Source: Campylobacterota bacterium
GTDB taxonomy: Bacteria > Campylobacterota > Campylobacteria > Campylobacterales > Arcobacteraceae
Length of the DNA: 64,000 nucleotides
Direction of reading: 5' to 3'
NCBI GenBank assembly: GCA_051746405.1
Contig: JBNJFB010000003.1
Span: 12,950 to 76,949, forward strand
The position numbers and the translations under genes are program-made. The notes under the pieces are model-generated. The model searched no databases, was not told the origin of the DNA, and was given only the letters and a program-made list of their open reading frames with translations. Of this stretch, positions 63,194-64,000 are shown piece by piece (within the stretch, counting starts at the first letter, position 1; each line of letters starts with the position of its first letter).

Positions 63194-64000
63194 TTAGATT
63201 TGGTAATCAGTGTGGTTATCTTCCCAGTCAAAAATAAAACACATTGGAAGTTTATCTTTTTTATTTAAAAATAAAGCTGTAATAACAGCACTTATAAAAA
63301 TAGATATAATAGCCACAGCAGATGCAAAAGCCAGGGTTGATAAACCTGTAAGACCTTGTCCAACTGTACAACCTATGGATAAGATACCACCTGTTCCCAT
63401 TAATGCACCACCTATCATATTATTTTTTACTTTATTTGTATTTTGATTTGCAGTACATCCAAAGCTATACTTTTTATTGAATTTTGACATAGCAAAAGCC
63501 CCTATTAATACACCTAAAACTATAGATATCCCAAAAGTTAAATTATTTACTTCATAAAAACTAAAAAGTTCAAAGGATTTGGCTGTAGGATATACAAATG
63601 ATACACTAGCAAAAGGTATAACTCTTTCAAAAGCCTCACTTCCAATTATAGCTGTTACATACCAACCAGCACTTATTAGAAGTCCAATAATAACTCCATC
63701 ATATAAGCTTATTAATCTTTTTGATTTTTTTAAAACAAAAGCCAAAGCTGCAATTAATATAGCTAAAACAACATATATATTCATCGTTGTATTTGAAAAA
63801 ATAGAGGAGATACTAATAAGTATTTCACTATTTATAAAAGGTTCTAAAACTCCATATAAGAAGCCTTGTGTTGTAGCAAAAGCAAAAAGTGCCACAAAAA
63901 TTAGTGTTATTAAAGAGTGAATATCCCCTTGTGCAAATTTGATTAAGTGTCTATTTGTACAGCCATCTGCTATCATCATACCAATACCAAATAGACTTCC
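63194..64000 (-). CDS. YeeE/YedE-family sulfur-compound transporter, 5'-partial
   Basis: Frame open to the window edge (GSLFGIGMMIADGC); GGALMGTGGILSIGCTVGQGL. Confidence 0.88.
   Translation of the reverse strand, partial: GSLFGIGMMIADGCTNRHLIKFAQGDIHSLITLIFVALFAFATTQGFLYGVLEPFINSEILISISSIFSNTTMNIYVVLAILIAALAFVLKKSKRLISLYDGVIIGLLISAGWYVTAIIGSEAFERVIPFASVSFVYPTAKSFELFSFYEVNNLTFGISIVLGVLIGAFAMSKFNKKYSFGCTANQNTNKVKNNMIGGALMGTGGILSIGCTVGQGLTGLSTLAFASAVAIISIFISAVITALFLNKKDKLPMCFIFDWEDNHTDYQI

Overview
This is an AT-rich chromosomal segment. Gene content and protein sequences point to Campylobacterota, most likely Arcobacteraceae (inference from E. coli-type PDH aceEF-lpdA, GGDEF proteins and MCPs, long-form DapD and TrmB, and the hemL-atpZ and rluD-flpA-trmB-ftsEX arrangements). 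Most of it is housekeeping: hyp hydrogenase-maturation genes, priA, dapD, ftsEX/envC, rodA, hemL, rpoD, leuDB, the rpmJ-rpsM-rpsK-rpsD-rpoA-rplQ operon, gatA, guaB, and PDH with lipoylation genes. The one clearly accessory region (about 19.4-24.9 kb) reads as a decayed Wadjet/MksBEFG-like SMC defence operon. It has jetA- and jetB-like genes, then three cargo genes (Fic-wHTH, a helical protein, and a frameshifted Schlafen/AlbA-ATPase-wHTH). After these come a 34-codon SMC start cut inside Walker A and, joined to it, a probable jetD C-terminal tail. Other signals: a structured ~210-nt rpmJ leader, near-identical lipoyl-domain DNA in aceF and lpdA, a nonsense-split TerB-like gene, candidate leaderless genes, and a PAS plus NtrB-like pseudokinase behind rpoD. 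No rRNA, tRNA, CRISPR array or IS element was seen. Family calls come from motif recognition by eye; no searches were run.
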